Assembly: GCA_031835245.2 (NCBI GenBank)
Contig: JAVKOQ020000048.1
Coordinates: forward strand, 1-64,000
Direction of reading: 5' to 3'
Origin: Balamuthia mandrillaris
Lineage: Eukaryota
DNA: 64,000 bases
Shown: positions 49,076-63,846 of the stretch, piece by piece
How positions within the stretch are numbered: the first letter of the stretch is position 1
How the letters are laid out: every line of letters begins with the position of its first letter
Translations under genes and position numbers: made by a program
The notes under the pieces: model-generated
Told to the model about the DNA's origin: nothing
Databases searched by the model: none
The model's input: the letters and a program-made list of their open reading frames with translations, nothing else

Positions 49076-49964
49076 TTAAAGGTAGATGACAGCAATAAGC
49101 AACAGCACCAACAGCACCATCAACACAAAGATGATCAACCAGGACGTCCGATCTGTGTTTCGAAGCAAAAGCCAAAGGTTGTTAGAAGAAACCGAGAGAA
49201 GAGGAGACGACAAGAAAGATAGAACAAGGCATAAGACTGACGAACCACTGGATTGGTCAATAAGAGTGCTGAGCTTCTTGATGCCGAAGAGGATCTTGCT
49301 ATTGGTGTTGTCCACCTCGTCGCCCAACCGTTTGATCAAGCTCTCTTGCGCGGTAAGCTCATCGTTGATGGTGATGCCGATCTCTTCCAGCTTCTCTACG
49401 CCCGCATGCAACTCATCCAACTCCATATCTTCCTCTTCTCTCAATCGCTAATAAAAGAACAGGAAGTAAAGCAAAAGAGAAATAGAGTAAGAAACGAGGT
49501 AGGACAGAGTTGTGGCAAAGAAGTCGATAAGAAGAAGAATAGGGAGAAAGAAGGGGAACCATTTGTTGCAGTCGTTGTTGTTGGAAAAAGTTCTCGTTTT
49601 CTTGGTGAATGGCATCCTCCAGCATCGACCGTTGGTTGCGTTCCTTTCCTCTGCTTGGTTTTGTGGAGTGCTCCACCACCTGCAAGTTGTTAAGTAAGCA
49701 AAAGGCAGTACAGAGAGAGTCAAAGAATAGAATAGCACAACATAAGAGAAAAGGAGCAAATAAAAGGGAGAACACGAGAACAAGATAAGACCTTTCGTTT
49801 GTCGCGTTCCATTTTGGCCTGGGTTTGAGCGCTGTTCATTTTGGTCTTCATGTTGGCTATTGTGTTCTTCACTTCCTGCACAAAGGCCTGGCGAGTGGCA
49901 ACCTCTGCCTCTTCAATCTGAAACTTGGCTCTGTTGTTTTGCACGATGCGTGGCTTGTGGTTAA

Positions 49965-50007
<43 letters not shown>

Positions 50008-50472
50008 GAGAAGAAAAAGAGTAAGAGAAGACAAAACTATAGAAGCAGAGGAGTAAAAGGAGAAAGAATAGAAAGAAGCAAAGAAATGAGAAAGAGAAGG
50101 GCACAAGAGAGAGAGAGAGAGAGAGACAGAGAGAGACGAAACTCAAAGGAGAATAAAGAAAGAGAGGATATGAATGGTTTCTTCAAGATCTTGGAGGTCC
50201 CATTCTATGCTGCGGATGACGGTCTTCAGCTCTGTCCCCGTAAACTTGAACTCCTCATCTTGAGCGGTATTCGAGTGCTCCAACAGCTCTTCCCAACGCG
50301 CAAACAGAGTCTTTGCTCCATTCACAGACTGTTGCACTTCCCTTTTTTTTTTTGTTTCGGTCACGCGTTCGAATCGAAAGATGAGAAAAAAAAAAGCCTT
50401 TTTGTTGTTTAAACAACAAAAAAAAAATATATACACTACGTACTCTTTTACTACGTAAAACGGATCTTGCAT
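49076..50472 (-). CDS. STX6: Syntaxin-6/SYP61-like Qc-SNARE
   Basis: MQDPFYVVKE|EVQ, SIEWDLQDLEETI, SNARE motif LDELHAGVEKL...INDELTAQ, C-terminal TM segment. Confidence 0.92.
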
Positions 50473-50827
50473 TTCCCCCCCCTTTTTTTTTGTTGGTTTT
50501 CAAAAGGTTGAAAAAAAAAAAAGAAAGAAAAGGTGCCCTCCTCTCTCTCCCCTCCTCACAGCCGCACTTCCTCTTCTTCTTTCTTTTCTGCTGAACTTCT
50601 CTTTGTTGTTTTTATTTTAAAAAGAAAATCGCTGTGTCGTCATGGCCCTAATTTTATCGACAATATTTTCATTTTTCCTCGCAAAAAAGGGTACGTTTTC
50701 AACGATTTGCGATATTCAATAATATATTTTGGTTATCGGGGATAATGTTAGATAATGGTCGATAAATCGTAGCAGGCAAAAAAAAAAAGAAAGAGACAAA
50801 ACAAACAGATTTGAGGCTTTGGGAGGA

Positions 50828-51359
50828 ATGGAGCCAGCCTACGAGGACGTCTACTCTCTTTGCAACAGCGCCAGCAGCAGCAGCAACAACAACAACAGAA
50901 ACACAAACACACGACAACAAGAAGAAGAGGAAGAGGAAGAGGCAACACCGGTGCAAACCGAAGAAATCTCCTATTTCACCCTTGATAGTTTACAACGCGA
51001 GACTTGTTCCTCCTTCTCCTCTTCTTCTGCTCCTTCAGGAACAAATGTGGTAAAACAAAAACAAAAACAAAAACACTTTATATATTTTTCATCTTCCTTT
51101 TCACTCACTTGCTCTCTTTCTCAAAAAAACACAGAAAAAATTTACCGGTAACGCTTCCTCCGGTGGTGGCGGTGGGTTGGACAAAAACTGGAACGAACGG
51201 TTTCAACGGATATTGGACATGCCGGAGGACAACGCGGAGAGCTTCCTTCTCAAGCATGAGCAACTGCGAAGCCTTGCCCATGACTTTGAGACCACTGCAA
51301 AAAGGTTCCTCCTCTTTCTTTTCTTTTTTTCTTTTTTTCTTTTTTTCTTTTTTTCTTTT

Positions 51360-51412
<53 letters not shown>

Positions 51413-54400
51413 TTTCTTTTTTTCTTTTTTTCTTTTTTTCTTTTTTCTTTTTTCTTTTTCTTTTTTCTTTTTTCTTTTTTCTTTTTTCTTTTTTCTTTTT
51501 TCTTTTTTCTTTTTCTTTTTTCTTTTTTCTTTTTTCTTTCTTTTTCTTTTTTTTTGTGAGTTTCGTTTTTTTTCTTTTCTGAAATGGATGAAGATATGGA
51601 AAGTTGATCATCGCGGAGACGTTCTTGGGGGACAAAGAGAAGACCATTCGGCCGAGCTCCTCCATCGGGGGACAGGCTGGCGGGCAAAAGTTTTTGTACC
51701 ACGGCATCCTCTTCAAGTATGCTCTTGGTATCGTAAATCCCTCTTCCGCGTTCGATTGTTCTCCTCTCTCTTCTGTTTTCTCATCACCCTAGTTCTCTTC
51801 TTATGACTGTTTCTTCCTTCTTTTCTCGTCTGAGCAACATTGTTTATTTTTTAAACTTCTGTTGTTGCTTCTCGTTTTTTTATCGAAAGACTGGCAGAAT
51901 ATTTATGGTGGTGACGATAATGCCATGAAAGCAGCTGGCCACGAACTCAAAGGGCTAATCAAGTAAAACATAACGTTTTTTTTGTTTTTTCTGTTTCTTT
52001 CTCTTTCTGCTTCTTCTCCCAACCTCTTTTTTTGTTGTCGCTCTGTTGTCTCATTACATTTTATAATCCTTTTTACACCAGCATGTATTCAGTAAGAGCC
52101 AAAGGAGTGGTGTGTATCTAATCTGAAGCATGAGCTAAAGGTGAGATAAACTTACATTTCCTCATTTAGTGCTTTCCTTTGATGGCGTTGGTGGACTATC
52201 GTGGATTCCGTCTCATTGCCCTGTCCAAACTTCCAATTGGTATCCTTATTGTCTTTTCTTCTCCTTGTTCTCCTTCTGCGTCTTGTTTATTCTTCTCTCC
52301 AAATAACGCCTTTATTTAACAGGAGATGAGACTGTTATCTATGGAAGCGGAGATGGCGGCAGAGCGGTGCATAACAGTGATGTGTCCTTTGCATCAAAGA
52401 TGCAGTTTATTGGCCAACAATTAAACTTGAAGGAGCATATGGCGGGCTTTCGCACGTATCGCAATCTATTCTTTCCTTGTGACATTGAAGGCCATCGAGG
52501 AACAGACAACAGATACTACGTTGTTGGTATGACTTCATTTATCTCATTCCTTATTCTTGTTGTACTCGTTCTTCTTCTTCTTCTTCTTCCTCTTTCTTCT
52601 TCTTTCTTCTTCGCCTCTTTTCTCTGCCGATATGCTTTAACCATTTGGAAAAAGATTTTGCACGAGTTTTTCCTCCAGAGCCACCACTTGCTGGGTACCA
52701 GCCTCTCGTCCTTTTCTCTTCACTCTCACTCTCTCACCCACTCACTCCCTTTCTCTCTCCTCTGACTTATGGTAAAAATAGATTAAAAAGTGCATATCTC
52801 TTTCGGTTGTTACGACCAGAGCTCGTGAAAGGAAACAAACAGCCGCTCAGTTCTGATGCGTTCAGCAACTTTGGGAGACATCAGAAAGAGGTAAATAATG
52901 CGGAGGTTACTGAAGCTTATCGCCGTCTCATCGGAGTCATTATTCCGTCTTTCTCGAGTTGGTTAGATCAACAACCCATTTCCAAACCCAACATTCGTGA
53001 CTTAATTTCAAACCTTCATCGACAAGGTCTATTTTTCTCTTCGTGCTCCTTTTTATCGCTCTCGTCACTCGTTATACTTCATTTTTAGCTCATTCTCTTG
53101 CTTCTCTCCGTTATAACGTCAATGCAAACAATAGGTATTAATGTGCGCTATTTGGGCAAAGTAAGATCATTACTAAGAAACGCCGAATGGAGACAAGTTC
53201 TTCTGGAGGAAATGATCGCGCGAATGGTCAGCATTCTTCTCAAAGCGCAAATGAGAGCGGAGATGCAGGCCCAGAAGACTCTCACTGAGGAGCCTTTCAA
53301 GCTCATCGCGATATCAACTTTGGGTTGTGTGTTTGACGGACTTTTAACCTCCAAAGACGTTCATCAGTTTTGGTATGTTCGCATCAAGTCTCTTCTTCTT
53401 GAGAAGTTTCTTGTTGAGTCATTGAGCAAGGTTATTTTTTTGTTTTTGTTTTTGTTTGTTTCGTCTTTTTTGCATCTAACAAACAAACAAAAGGAGGAAC
53501 AAGAAGAAAGGTACAATCTACGCTCAGGAATAGAGCTCTACCGTCTCGCTAAAAGGATCCAAGCCATAAGTGGAGTTCGATTGGCACGACGTGCTCTCGC
53601 TCAACTGAAAGAACGCCCAGATTCCTTTGAGTTAGTCTATTCCGATGTTAAGAAGCTGTCCGTTAAAGTCAAGTCCACCAACATAAGTTTGTCTTTTCTT
53701 TTTCAATTTTTTTTCTCTTGCATGTTAACACGTTTTGTCTTTAAAGTGTTGGTTGCAGAAGCTGTTTCATTATCAGCTCAAGCCCTTTTGAAACCTCCTT
53801 CTGACTCTCGTTCTCGTTTGCGAGCTCTTTCTGGTTTGTGTTTCTTTTTTCTCCTTATAAATATTCCTCTCTCTCTCGACTTGTTATCGTTTTCGGTTCC
53901 CTGCTCTTGTTTTCTTATTTCTCGGCTTGTTCTTCTTCCTTCTTGCTCTTCTGTCACAGCTTCTCTTTTTGAACGAGCGCTATCATTGACCCCAAGCTCG
54001 GAGTATACTCTAATGGCTTATGGCGACAGTATGGCAAAGCACGCAATTGGCGCAACTGCGCGACAACGCCTTCACTTCTACTCGGAAGCTATTCGATTGT
54101 ACAAGCGAGCAGGAAACGTCGCTCTTCCTCGCATATGGAATGTCGCTTCGGCTCTTACAGAAATCAAAGGACTCTTGGTAAACTTCTTTGTCTTTCACTG
54201 TCTTTCGCGTTCTATAACTTATATATGCTATTCAAAAAGACACATCAAAGCCATATTCAGTTTCGTTTGTTCGAACTCGCAGAAGATGGTTTCAATACTG
54301 TAGTGCTCTCTTACTCTGAAAAAGAACAGAAACCACTGGGAGAGATCTATCCGGATTTGTTGGTATTGTGGCCTTTATCGTTGTCTTATAAAGCCATCTC

Positions 54401-56818
54401 GTTGTATCGGTGGCAAGGAGAAGCAGCAGCACAGCAAATACGAACCGTTCTTGCAAGACTGGTTGAAGTCTTTCGGTTTTGCACGGAGAATCAGCCAGAG
54501 TCATTGTTGGACTGGCCAAAAGGTCTGTTTCTATTTTATTTTCGCTTTCGTTTGCCTTTTCCTTGTTTACCTTTTCCTAGTTTCTTGTTTCTTTAATGTT
54601 CTTACTAAATTGTTGCTCTTTTTTCGCTTCTCTTGCACTTTCTCCTTTCAACAGAATGGCTATTATCCCAAACTTGCACTCCGGAACATATTTATGCCAT
54701 TGTTTCTCTTTTCTCTCGTCAAAACGGTGGCCCCATTGAACTAGAAGCACCAGCACTCCCCTTCCAAAGCACCAATGAACACTCTCTTCACGAGATCATA
54801 TCTCATTGCACAACACGCTCACCTCTCTCAGCAGTGAATCTCCAACGAAGCCAAAACTACAACCCCAACAATATTTCTTCTTCATTCCTCTTGTCTTTGT
54901 TACGTCACAAAGAAGAGGAAACTAGCAAGAAACCTCAACATTTTTCTTCGCTTCGAAAACTTCGCGTTGCTTCTCAGGTTTTGAGCGATAAACACCTGTT
55001 GGCGTTGAGCAAGGAACAACAGAGGATGTTGACAGATATTAAAGTTACCGATTGGCCATTCTACGCTTTACAAGACAAGCGAACGAGTTGGTTTCATCGA
55101 ATGACATCAACAAACAGCCAACGAAAAGTATGTTGTTATTGCTGGAAGGAGATGAGTAGGAAGAACGAAGAAGGAATTGGAATTAGTGATGATGGCATCA
55201 ACGCATTGGCTGAGTCTTGTTCGGCCCTGCGTAAGTTCAGCTTGATAAAGAGTAAAGCCGTTACTGATCGTTCACTTCGCAATGTAAGTCCATTTTTATG
55301 AAAAGTCTCTCTCTCTCTCTCTGCTCTGCTCTGCTCTCCTCCGGTCTCTAACGTATCTCTTTCTCTTTGTTAGCTCTTTGAAAAAGCAAGAAAGATAGAA
55401 CACATCAACCTGAGAGGCTGTTGTCAACTCACCGATGCTGCTCTGCGTCCTTTATACCCATTTTCCTCCTCGTCTCCACACCCCTCCTCTTCTTCTCCTC
55501 TTCTCCCTCATTCTCCATCTCCTCCTTTGCATTCACCTCCTATCCCCCCTTCTCCCTCTGCTCCTCCATTCCCTTCTCCCGCTCGTCTGTCTTCTTCCCC
55601 CTCATCTTTTTCGTCATCGCAGTCCTTTCTTCGTGCCCTCAAACTTCGAGGTTGTCATCAGATATCCTCACAAGCGATATGCAGCATCATCTCTCGTTGC
55701 CATCCGAAACGTTTGGCCAAAGTGGATCTCTCTCAGTGCAGAAACATAGAAGATGTTGTGGTCCAAACTATCGCCAAGCATTGTGGCTCAGCTTTTGTCT
55801 CTCTCAAGCTGAACGGTTGTTGTAACATCACTGATAACGCCTTCCTTGATGATGCTTCTTTCTCACAACACGAAACGGAAGGAGAAAAAGTCAAAGAGAA
55901 GGATGAATCTTCTTCACCTCCAGCACCGTTATCTTTCGTTTCATCTACAATTCGATTCTTGAAAGTTCTTCACCTTTCTCGGTGTGAAAAACTCTCCGAA
56001 AGCGCATTACAACAACTGTTTAGCAACTCTGCTCCTCAACTCAAAGAAGTGGACTTAAGCTATCTGCCAAATCTCACTGACAGAGTGATTCTCTCTTTGT
56101 CTTTGATGAATAACTCGAACAAGCTGCAACGATTGACGATGCACGCAGCAACCAAGTTGACGGATGATGCTCCTTGGAATGTCTTCAGTCAGAAATGTAA
56201 CATGATGAAGAAGCTTGTGATTACAGATGCAACGTTGCTTCGCTCGCCTTCTATTCATTTGCCAAGACTACGTTTGCTTTCTTTGGTAAACTCTTTCTTC
56301 TTCCTTTGCTTGCTTCTTTCTTCTTTCTCCTTTCTTCTGGGTTCTTCAATTTCTTATTCTTGTTCTTCTGTAAAAAGAATGGATGCATGGGATTATCACC
56401 ACAAGCGTTGGAGAACATCATAACTCCTTGTGAGGACCTAACAGAGTTGTACCTGAACAGCTGTCAGCTGACAGATGCTGCATTACATCGCATCGCCTCC
56501 TCTTGCGATGGCATCGCTAATCTCTCGCTATCCTGCAATCGCTTTCTCTTTGACCTCAATCTTCATCTTTGTTGTCTTCAAATGCTGGTTCGTCAGTTCT
56601 TTCTGTCGTTCTTTATTCTCTCGTCAATGCTAACTTTTGACCGCAAAACAAGGATCTAAGTTATTGTGAAAGAATTGAAGATGACTCTTTGAACGCGCTC
56701 CTCAAGCGTTCTCCTTATCTTCGCCTTCTTAACATAGTTGGCTGTCCACAGCTTCGACAGCCATCCTTGTATTCTTTGCATCTTCAACACTTGGCGCTTG
56801 GTTCTTCCCGTTCGCATT

Positions 56819-56860
<42 letters not shown>

Positions 56861-57101
56861 CGTTTCGCATATTTCGCGTATTTTTTTTTCTGAACATAAA
56901 ACCTTTCTTTATTAACAGAACTGGAAGAGAGCAGCTTTGAGGTGATACTTCGATGCTGCACTGAACTAAAATCTCTCCGGCTACAACAATTCCCTTCGCT
57001 CTCAGATAACACTCTTCTTTCACTCGGCCGGTCTCCTCTAAGTTCTTCGCTTCAAACGTTTGTCTTGCCATTCTTCTCTTTCGTTGTTTTTTTTAACACT
57101 A

Positions 57102-57158
<57 letters not shown>

Positions 57159-57600
57159 TTTAAACAGACTTGAAATTATAGAATGCAACAGAATAGGTGG
57201 AACCGGGTTGACAAATATGCTTTCGTTGTGTCCTTCTTTGAAGTTCCTCCATTTCTCATCTGCGAAAGAAGCAAAAGGGAAAGCAAAAGAAGGAGAGAAT
57301 GAAACCGATGCTTGCTTCTTTGCGGAGGGTTTTAAACATTCGGCCTTACAATGCATAAAGCTCGAATTACCCGCTGCCGCTCTCCTTTCTCTTCTTGCGA
57401 CATCACCATCCTTTTCTTCTCTTCCCGAAACAATACGACAATGTCCCTCTCTGCTGAAAGTGGTACTTGCCATTCAACACGAAGAACGCGAAGAAGAAGA
57501 AACCACACAAGAGCACGCAAGCGTGAAAGCTCAGCTGGAGCTCTTTTTGGACCAGTTTGCTCATTCCTTCTCTTCCTCTGTGCACGTTGCATTGCTATAA
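50828..57600 (+). CDS. Clu-domain protein with a TPR-like region and C-terminal cysteine-containing LRRs
   Basis: Clu motifs GGQAGGQKF..HGILFK, AMKAAGHELKG, PLMALVDYRGFR, DIEGHRGTDNRYY, DFARVFPPE, LHRQ|GINVRYLG; LRRs such as VDLSQCRNIED and LKLNGCCNITD; many introns. Confidence 0.8.
57106..57155 (+). repeat. Poly-T tract (50 nt) in an intron
   Basis: Uninterrupted T run. Confidence 0.9.
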
Positions 57601-57852
57601 AATGCAGTTCAACCGAACGGTACGCTGCTCCCTGTTCTTTCCTTTTCATGTGGAGAGTTGCTGTTGTCCCAGCAACAAACCGCTGACTTTTAATTAAAAT
57701 GTAATGCGTTACAATTGTTCTGATTGGTTCGTTTCTATAATGATTTAATATAGGGTTCCAATTTACAGAGGTGGACCACCAACAAAGCGAAAGAAAGACA
57801 AAGAAGAACGCGGACTGGGGGAACGGTGGTGGAGGTGTTGGTTAACAGAACG

Positions 57853-60551
57853 ATGAAAGGAACGGCTACGCGCCTTGGTTCAAAAGGGGGGCCGTACGTG
57901 CTCTTCCGAATTGCTTTCCTTCTCTTCTTCGTGTTGGCTTCAGGTTTGTTTGTTTACTCTTGTCTCTCTACTCTTTCTGTTCTTTATTCTTTTGGCTGCT
58001 ACTTCTTCTCACTTCTCTTTATTCTTTTCATTTTTTTTGTTGTCTTTCTTTCAGCTTCTCAACTAAGACAAACAAGCGGCTCGTGTCTTGCACTGAACAA
58101 AACAAACGATGCGCTTCTCTCTCAACTTGACCCAAAATGTGTTCCCCTCCTCCTTTCTTCTTCCAACTCCATCTTTCTCCCCTCCTCTCAAACTTTGGAA
58201 AACCTCCTCCAACAATCCCTTTCCTTCACTCGCCGGCTGGGAGTGGCTCTTCCTTCTTCCTGCCGAGACGCAAGCTTGAGGCTTTCATGCCATTTCGTTT
58301 ATAAGCAATGCGATGAAGAAGAAGCCGTTATGGTGCTTTCGCCATGTATTTCGGTGTGTGAAGGAATGAGAGAAGAGTGTGAGGAGTTCTTTGTGGCGAC
58401 AGGAAACGAGGATCAGCTGATGGCTTGTAATACGGTCTTGTTTCCTGCTCCACCCATTTGCAACAATGGGAGCAACGAACAGCTTCGTACGTTTCTTATT
58501 ATTCTGCATCATCATTATCATCCTTTTCTTCTTCTTCTTTAATTTGTTGCTCTCGTTCTCGTTCTTCCTCCTCGTCTCTTCCCCTATCTCACTCTCTTTT
58601 CACCCTTCTTCTTGTTCTTGTTCTTGTTCTTGTTCTTCTTCTTCTTGTTCTTGTTCTTGTTCTTGTTCTTCTTCTTCTTCTTCTTCTTCTTCTTCTTCTT
58701 CTTCTTCTATAATATGCAGACGTGCCGTACTCTCAGCTGGATTGTCCCTATCCAACAGTCTATCGCTCCACAAACGAGGACGATGCTCTACAAGACCCAT
58801 CTCAAGTCTGCACCCTTCCTTGTCCTGGTCCTATCTACACGGAGGAACAATGGGACATCGTCTTCACCATCATGACGCTCTTTGGCGGCATCTCTCTCGT
58901 TCTTTCCTGCTTTTACGTGGCGACCGCTTTCCTCAACGCGGAGACGAGAAAGTTTCCGGCCAACCTTTTGCCTATATTAGCAGCGGCCACCATACCGATC
59001 TCTGTAGGACTCCTGTTCGGCCTGTTCGCCGGTGGCGATATGAGGAATGTGCTTTGCTCGGACGATGGAACGGCGTATCAAGGCGTTGGAGAGGGTGAAG
59101 CTGGTGGTTTGGCTTGTGTTCTTCAAGGTTGGCGTTTTTTGTTTATTTTCGTTCTTCTTTTTCGTTTCTTTTTCTTCTCTTCGGTTCCTTGCTTTCTCTC
59201 TTTCCTTCTCTTTGTTTATTTGTGATCTTGGTTTTACATAACAGGTTCGTTAATGGCATTTGGTGGATTACTGGTGGCCTGTTGGTGGAGTATCATCGGG
59301 TTGAACCTCATGTTACTCATCGTGTTTCAATTGGAGCGAAGCAAGCTCAACAAACTCGTTCCTTGGTTCTCTCTCCTTTTCTTGCAGTTTCTTTCTTTCA
59401 TGCGTCTTACTGTTTCGAAACAAAAAGGTATCATGGTGTAGCATGGACGATACCCTTGATCCTAACCATCATCCCATTGGCGGCCAAGAAGATAGCGGCC
59501 GCTCCAACCTATCCGTGGTGCTTCATTTATGATGAAGATACAGATATGTGGATGTATGGCTGCTTTTATATTTGGTGTAAGTAACACTCTTTCTTCTTGT
59601 TCTTCTTGTTCTTCTTCTTAGTCCTTTGTTGCTCTCTTTTTATCTCTTCATTCTCATTTATTTGTTGGTACGAACAGTTATTGCAAGTTGGTTGTTTGGG
59701 TCTATCATGATTCTTGTTGTACTTCAATACATCTATCGGGTACATTTCCTCTTGTTCTTCTGCTTCTGCTTCTGCTTCCGTTCTTGTTCTTGTTCTTGTT
59801 CTTCTTCTTCTTCTTCTTCTTCTTCTTCTTCTTTTTCATTGATATCAAACCTTTTGTTTGCATAAAAAGCGATCCTATCAATTCAACACCAAAGGAAACA
59901 TGCCTTTGAGACACTTTATACATCTGTTAATGCTGCTGATCAGCTTCTGGGTATTCACTAGCTTCCAAATAGCTTATCGCTTTTATGGTACCGGCATTAA
60001 GGACGATATCCAAGAAGCTATAGAAGAGCAGGTTTTTGTTTTTCTTCAACTCTTCCTTTCTCATTTCATCCTTTCTTCTTTTCTCCTCCCCTGTCCCTTT
60101 CCTTCCTCTTTCCTCCTTCCTCCTTCCTCCTTCCTCCTTCCTCCTTCCTCCTTCCTCCTTCCTCCTTCCTCCTTCCTCCTTCCTCCTTCCTCCTTCCTCC
60201 TTCCTCCTGTTCTTAACCGTCCCCTCCTTCTCGTTGCTCTCTTTTCGAAAACAATGAAAACAAGATACGTTGCAGCGCCGAAACAGGAACCGAATGCGAG
60301 CTCAGCGAAAAGCCAAACTATGGCTTGCTCGTGTGGTGCGTCTTCCTAGTGAGCAACATGGGCTCCGTTGCCTTCTCGACCATCGGATGCACCAAGTCCA
60401 CGCTGAACTTTTGGAAAGGGCTCTTGACGGACATGAAGAACGCCAAAGGCTCGTCGCATAGGCTGCAAGTCATGAAGAATTACATCAAAACTCGCGACCA
60501 TGCCCGCTTTCGTGCTGCTCTGGCTTCTGTTGCTGCCAGAGAAGGTCTCTC

Positions 60552-60597
<46 letters not shown>

Positions 60598-60769
60598 CTC
60601 TTTCTTGTTGTCTCTTATGACTCACACGAACCACAACAAAAAAGACCTGTCACGCACGCCAAGCATCAGCCAAAGCCCAAGGAAGCTGGTGGAGGAGCTG
60701 GGGTCCTCCACGTCCTCCTCGCAACCTCCCGATGAGGAGTTTGATACTTTCGACGTGGACCAATACTAA
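57853..60769 (+). CDS. Frizzled/Smoothened-like 7TM receptor (apparently intact paralogue)
   Basis: Signal peptide; cysteine-rich domain (CRDASLRLSCHFVYKQC, PCISVCEGMREEC); CTLPCP; KFPANLL; ACVLQG; CWWSIIGLNL; YHGVAWTIP; WCFI. Confidence 0.85.
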
Positions 60770-60848
60770 CCAACAGTCTCTTTCTGCTTTGTAAAGTTGT
60801 CTTTCTTTTGCTTTCTTCAAAGGAGGAAGTTGTGTTTGTTGTTGTTTG

Positions 60849-62833
60849 TTAATAGTCTTTGTCGTGTTGCAAGGGGCTTTCGGTGTGCGCAAGATGAACG
60901 GCTTGAGCACGACCAGAGGGATCCTTGCTCTTGCCCCAGGTGGGCACCCAGCTGCATACCGACTTGGCGGCGGCCTCTCCGGGGAACTGCTTCTCAAACA
61001 TGTCACGGAAGAGGAATGCCTCCTTCGTGAGAGGTGTGTTGTGAGGGAACCTCGTGGCCGCCTGGGCAAAGTCCTCGTCAGAGACGGTTCGCTCGGCATA
61101 GTCCTTGATGCCATCGATCCAACTGTAGCCCACTCCATCGCTATTTAACAACAAAAAAAAAGTGGTTAAGAACATGTAGAAGAAGAAAGAGGAATGAGGC
61201 GAAAAGTTACCTGAATTGTTCCTTTTGACGCCAGAGGATCTCTCGGGGCAAGTAAGGCTTGTCGGGAGTATCAAAGGCAGAGCGGAGGACGTACTTCTCC
61301 ATCCTGCCGTTGCCGTGAGCTTTTTCCTGAGGGTCGATGGTCATCGCCACGTTCAAGAATTCCTTATCAAGGAATGGCACTCGAACCTCCAGTCCCCATG
61401 CCATCGTCGACTTGTTGGCACGAAGACAATCCGACAGATGTAGGTTTTGCACTCGTCTTACTGTTTCCTGTTTATTCGGAATTAGACATTCATTGAGCAA
61501 CCGACACGATACCTAACGAGAACCGGAAACGGAAAGCAAAAGAAGAACAAACCTTTTGGAACTCAGCAGCACTGGGTGCTTGATGAAAGTAAAGGTATCC
61601 GCCAAAGACCTCATCCGCACCCTCTCCCGACAATACCATCTTCACGCCCATGGCCTTGATCTTCCTGGCCAAAAAGTACATCGGTGTGCTGGCGCGTATT
61701 GTGGTGACATCATAGCTCTCCAGATGGTGGATGACATCGGGCAGGGCATCCAACCCCTCTTGCACCGTAAAGCAAAACTCGTGATGGATGGTGCCCAGGA
61801 AGTCCGCCACCTTTCTGGCGGCCGCTAAGTCCGGAGAGCCAGGCAAGCCTATGCAAAAGGAATGGACCTGGGGCCACCAGGCCTTGGTCTGTTCCTCCTC
61901 TTCCACACGCATGGCGGCGTGGCGACAGACAATGCTGGCCACGAGGGACGAGTCCAGGCCGCCAGAGATGAGCACGCCGTAGGGCACGTCCGTCATGAGC
62001 CGCTTCACCACGGCACGCTCAAAGGTCTCTCTCACTCGGTCCAGGAGAGCGGTGCCATCGGAGGCGGTCGGAGGGGCAGGAGTGTAGTCCAGGTTCCACC
62101 AAATGGGCTCGAAGTAGCGCTGCAGGCCGGTCTCGGGGGTGTAGTAGTGGCCAGGGGGGAACCAGCTGAACTCATCGCAGTCGTCCTGGAGGGCCTTCAT
62201 CTCGGAGGCAATCCAGATGGCGCCGTCCGTGCGCCCTTTGCCCATGTAGAGGGAGGTGATGCCGATGGGATCGCGCGCCGCCAGAAAGGTGCCCTTCTCC
62301 CGATCAGAGAGCACAAAGGAGAACATGCCGTCCAGCATGGACGCCAGCTCTTTGCCATAGCATTCATACTTTGTAGTGACAAAAAAGAAGAAGCGGAGAG
62401 AACGAAAGTGGGTTGGCAATCAGTTGCACGATCGAGAGAGCACTGACGGAGAGAGAAGAGAGAAGAGAGAAGAGAGAAGAGAGAAGAGAGAAGAACAGAA
62501 AGTTACCAAAGGAATGATGACTTCGCAGTCCGACTGAGTGGACCATTGGTAGTCCTTGTGCTCGGCCTTGATCTTCTCTCTCAGCTGCTTGTGGTTGTAG
62601 ATCTCTCCGTTGACGGTGAGCACCAGGTTGCCGTCCTTGCTCCTCAAGGGCTGCGCCCCGCCGGCGGGGTCCACGATGGAGAGCCTCTCGTGGCAGAGCA
62701 CGCGCCCCTCCTCGGCCACGATGCCGTTCCAGTCGGGGCCTCTGTGCCGCTGCAGCTTGGACTTTTGCAGCGCTTTCTTCCGCAGCGTTTGGAGGTCCTC
62801 CTGACTGCCCAAGATCGCAAGTATGCCGCACAT
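60849..62833 (-). CDS. ASNS: Glutamine-hydrolysing asparagine synthetase
   Basis: MCGI N-terminal Cys, [53 protein letters not shown]. Confidence 0.97.
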
Positions 62834-63393
62834 CCTTCTTCTTTTTTTTTTTTTTTCCCTGTTTTGAAGGAGTGTGTGTTGGATGGAGAGCGAGTGAGTG
62901 AGCGAGTGAGTGAGGAAGCGGGGTTGGTTTGTGTGTGGTGATGAAAAGAAAGAAAAGAAAAGAAGAGCAGAGGAGATAAATGTTTGACAGTGAAAGTAGT
63001 ATTGGGCGCCGCTCACCTTGTCAAAGGGTCGCCCCCCCCCCCTCCCACTCTCTCTCTTCCCTCTTTTTTTTTTTTCTTTACGCCAATTCTGGCGAAGGAA
63101 TTCATTGCCTTTTCTGCAGAATTTTTAAGGTGGGTTGCCCACTAGGTGTGCGCAGAGGATGAAATTTCGGTAGTTCCCACCAATCCCTAGGCCTGCTTTG
63201 ATTCTGCGATATTTCTCGGTAGTTTCATTCGCAAAATTCCGGCGAATTAAATTTCTGCAGGAACAAGAACAATACCGGGGTTCGAACCGAAGGCAACGGT
63301 TGTGTCGACAATGGAATCATCATGACGACGTGTGTTAGTCGACATAAATTACAAACTTTGGTTCAGCGATCAAAACTGTGGCAGAGAGGCAAG

Positions 63394-63806
63394 ATGGAGG
63401 CGAGAGAGGCCGTGCCGGCGGAAGATCTCAACCCAAATGGAACTTGTAAAGGAATAGGAGAAGGTGAACCCCGTTCTCTATCCCATCCCTGTTTTTCCTT
63501 TCAATTTTTTTTTGAAAAAAAAAAACGAAACAAAAAACAGGTAGCGAGCTGCAGAGTTACATCAGTAAAATAGAGACGCAATCCGATGTAACCAAAGTGG
63601 ACCTGTGCAAGCAAATGCTGGTTTGTGTTTGTTTAAACTTTGGTGTTTTACTCCCTGCCTCTAACGTTCCGCATGATAGGGTCCTGAAGGAACGCACGCT
63701 CTCATGAGTAGCCTAAAGTTTAATACCACTGTTGAAAGGTACCTCTGTCCTCTTACTTGTTCTTCTTTATGCTCTTGTTCTTCTTGTGTTCTTTTCCTTA
63801 CTCTTC

Positions 63807-63846
<40 letters not shown>

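Noticed and set aside
63279..63288. GGTTCGAACC, similar to a tRNA T-loop or B-box
   Set aside because: No cloverleaf, acceptor stem or A-box could be built around it.
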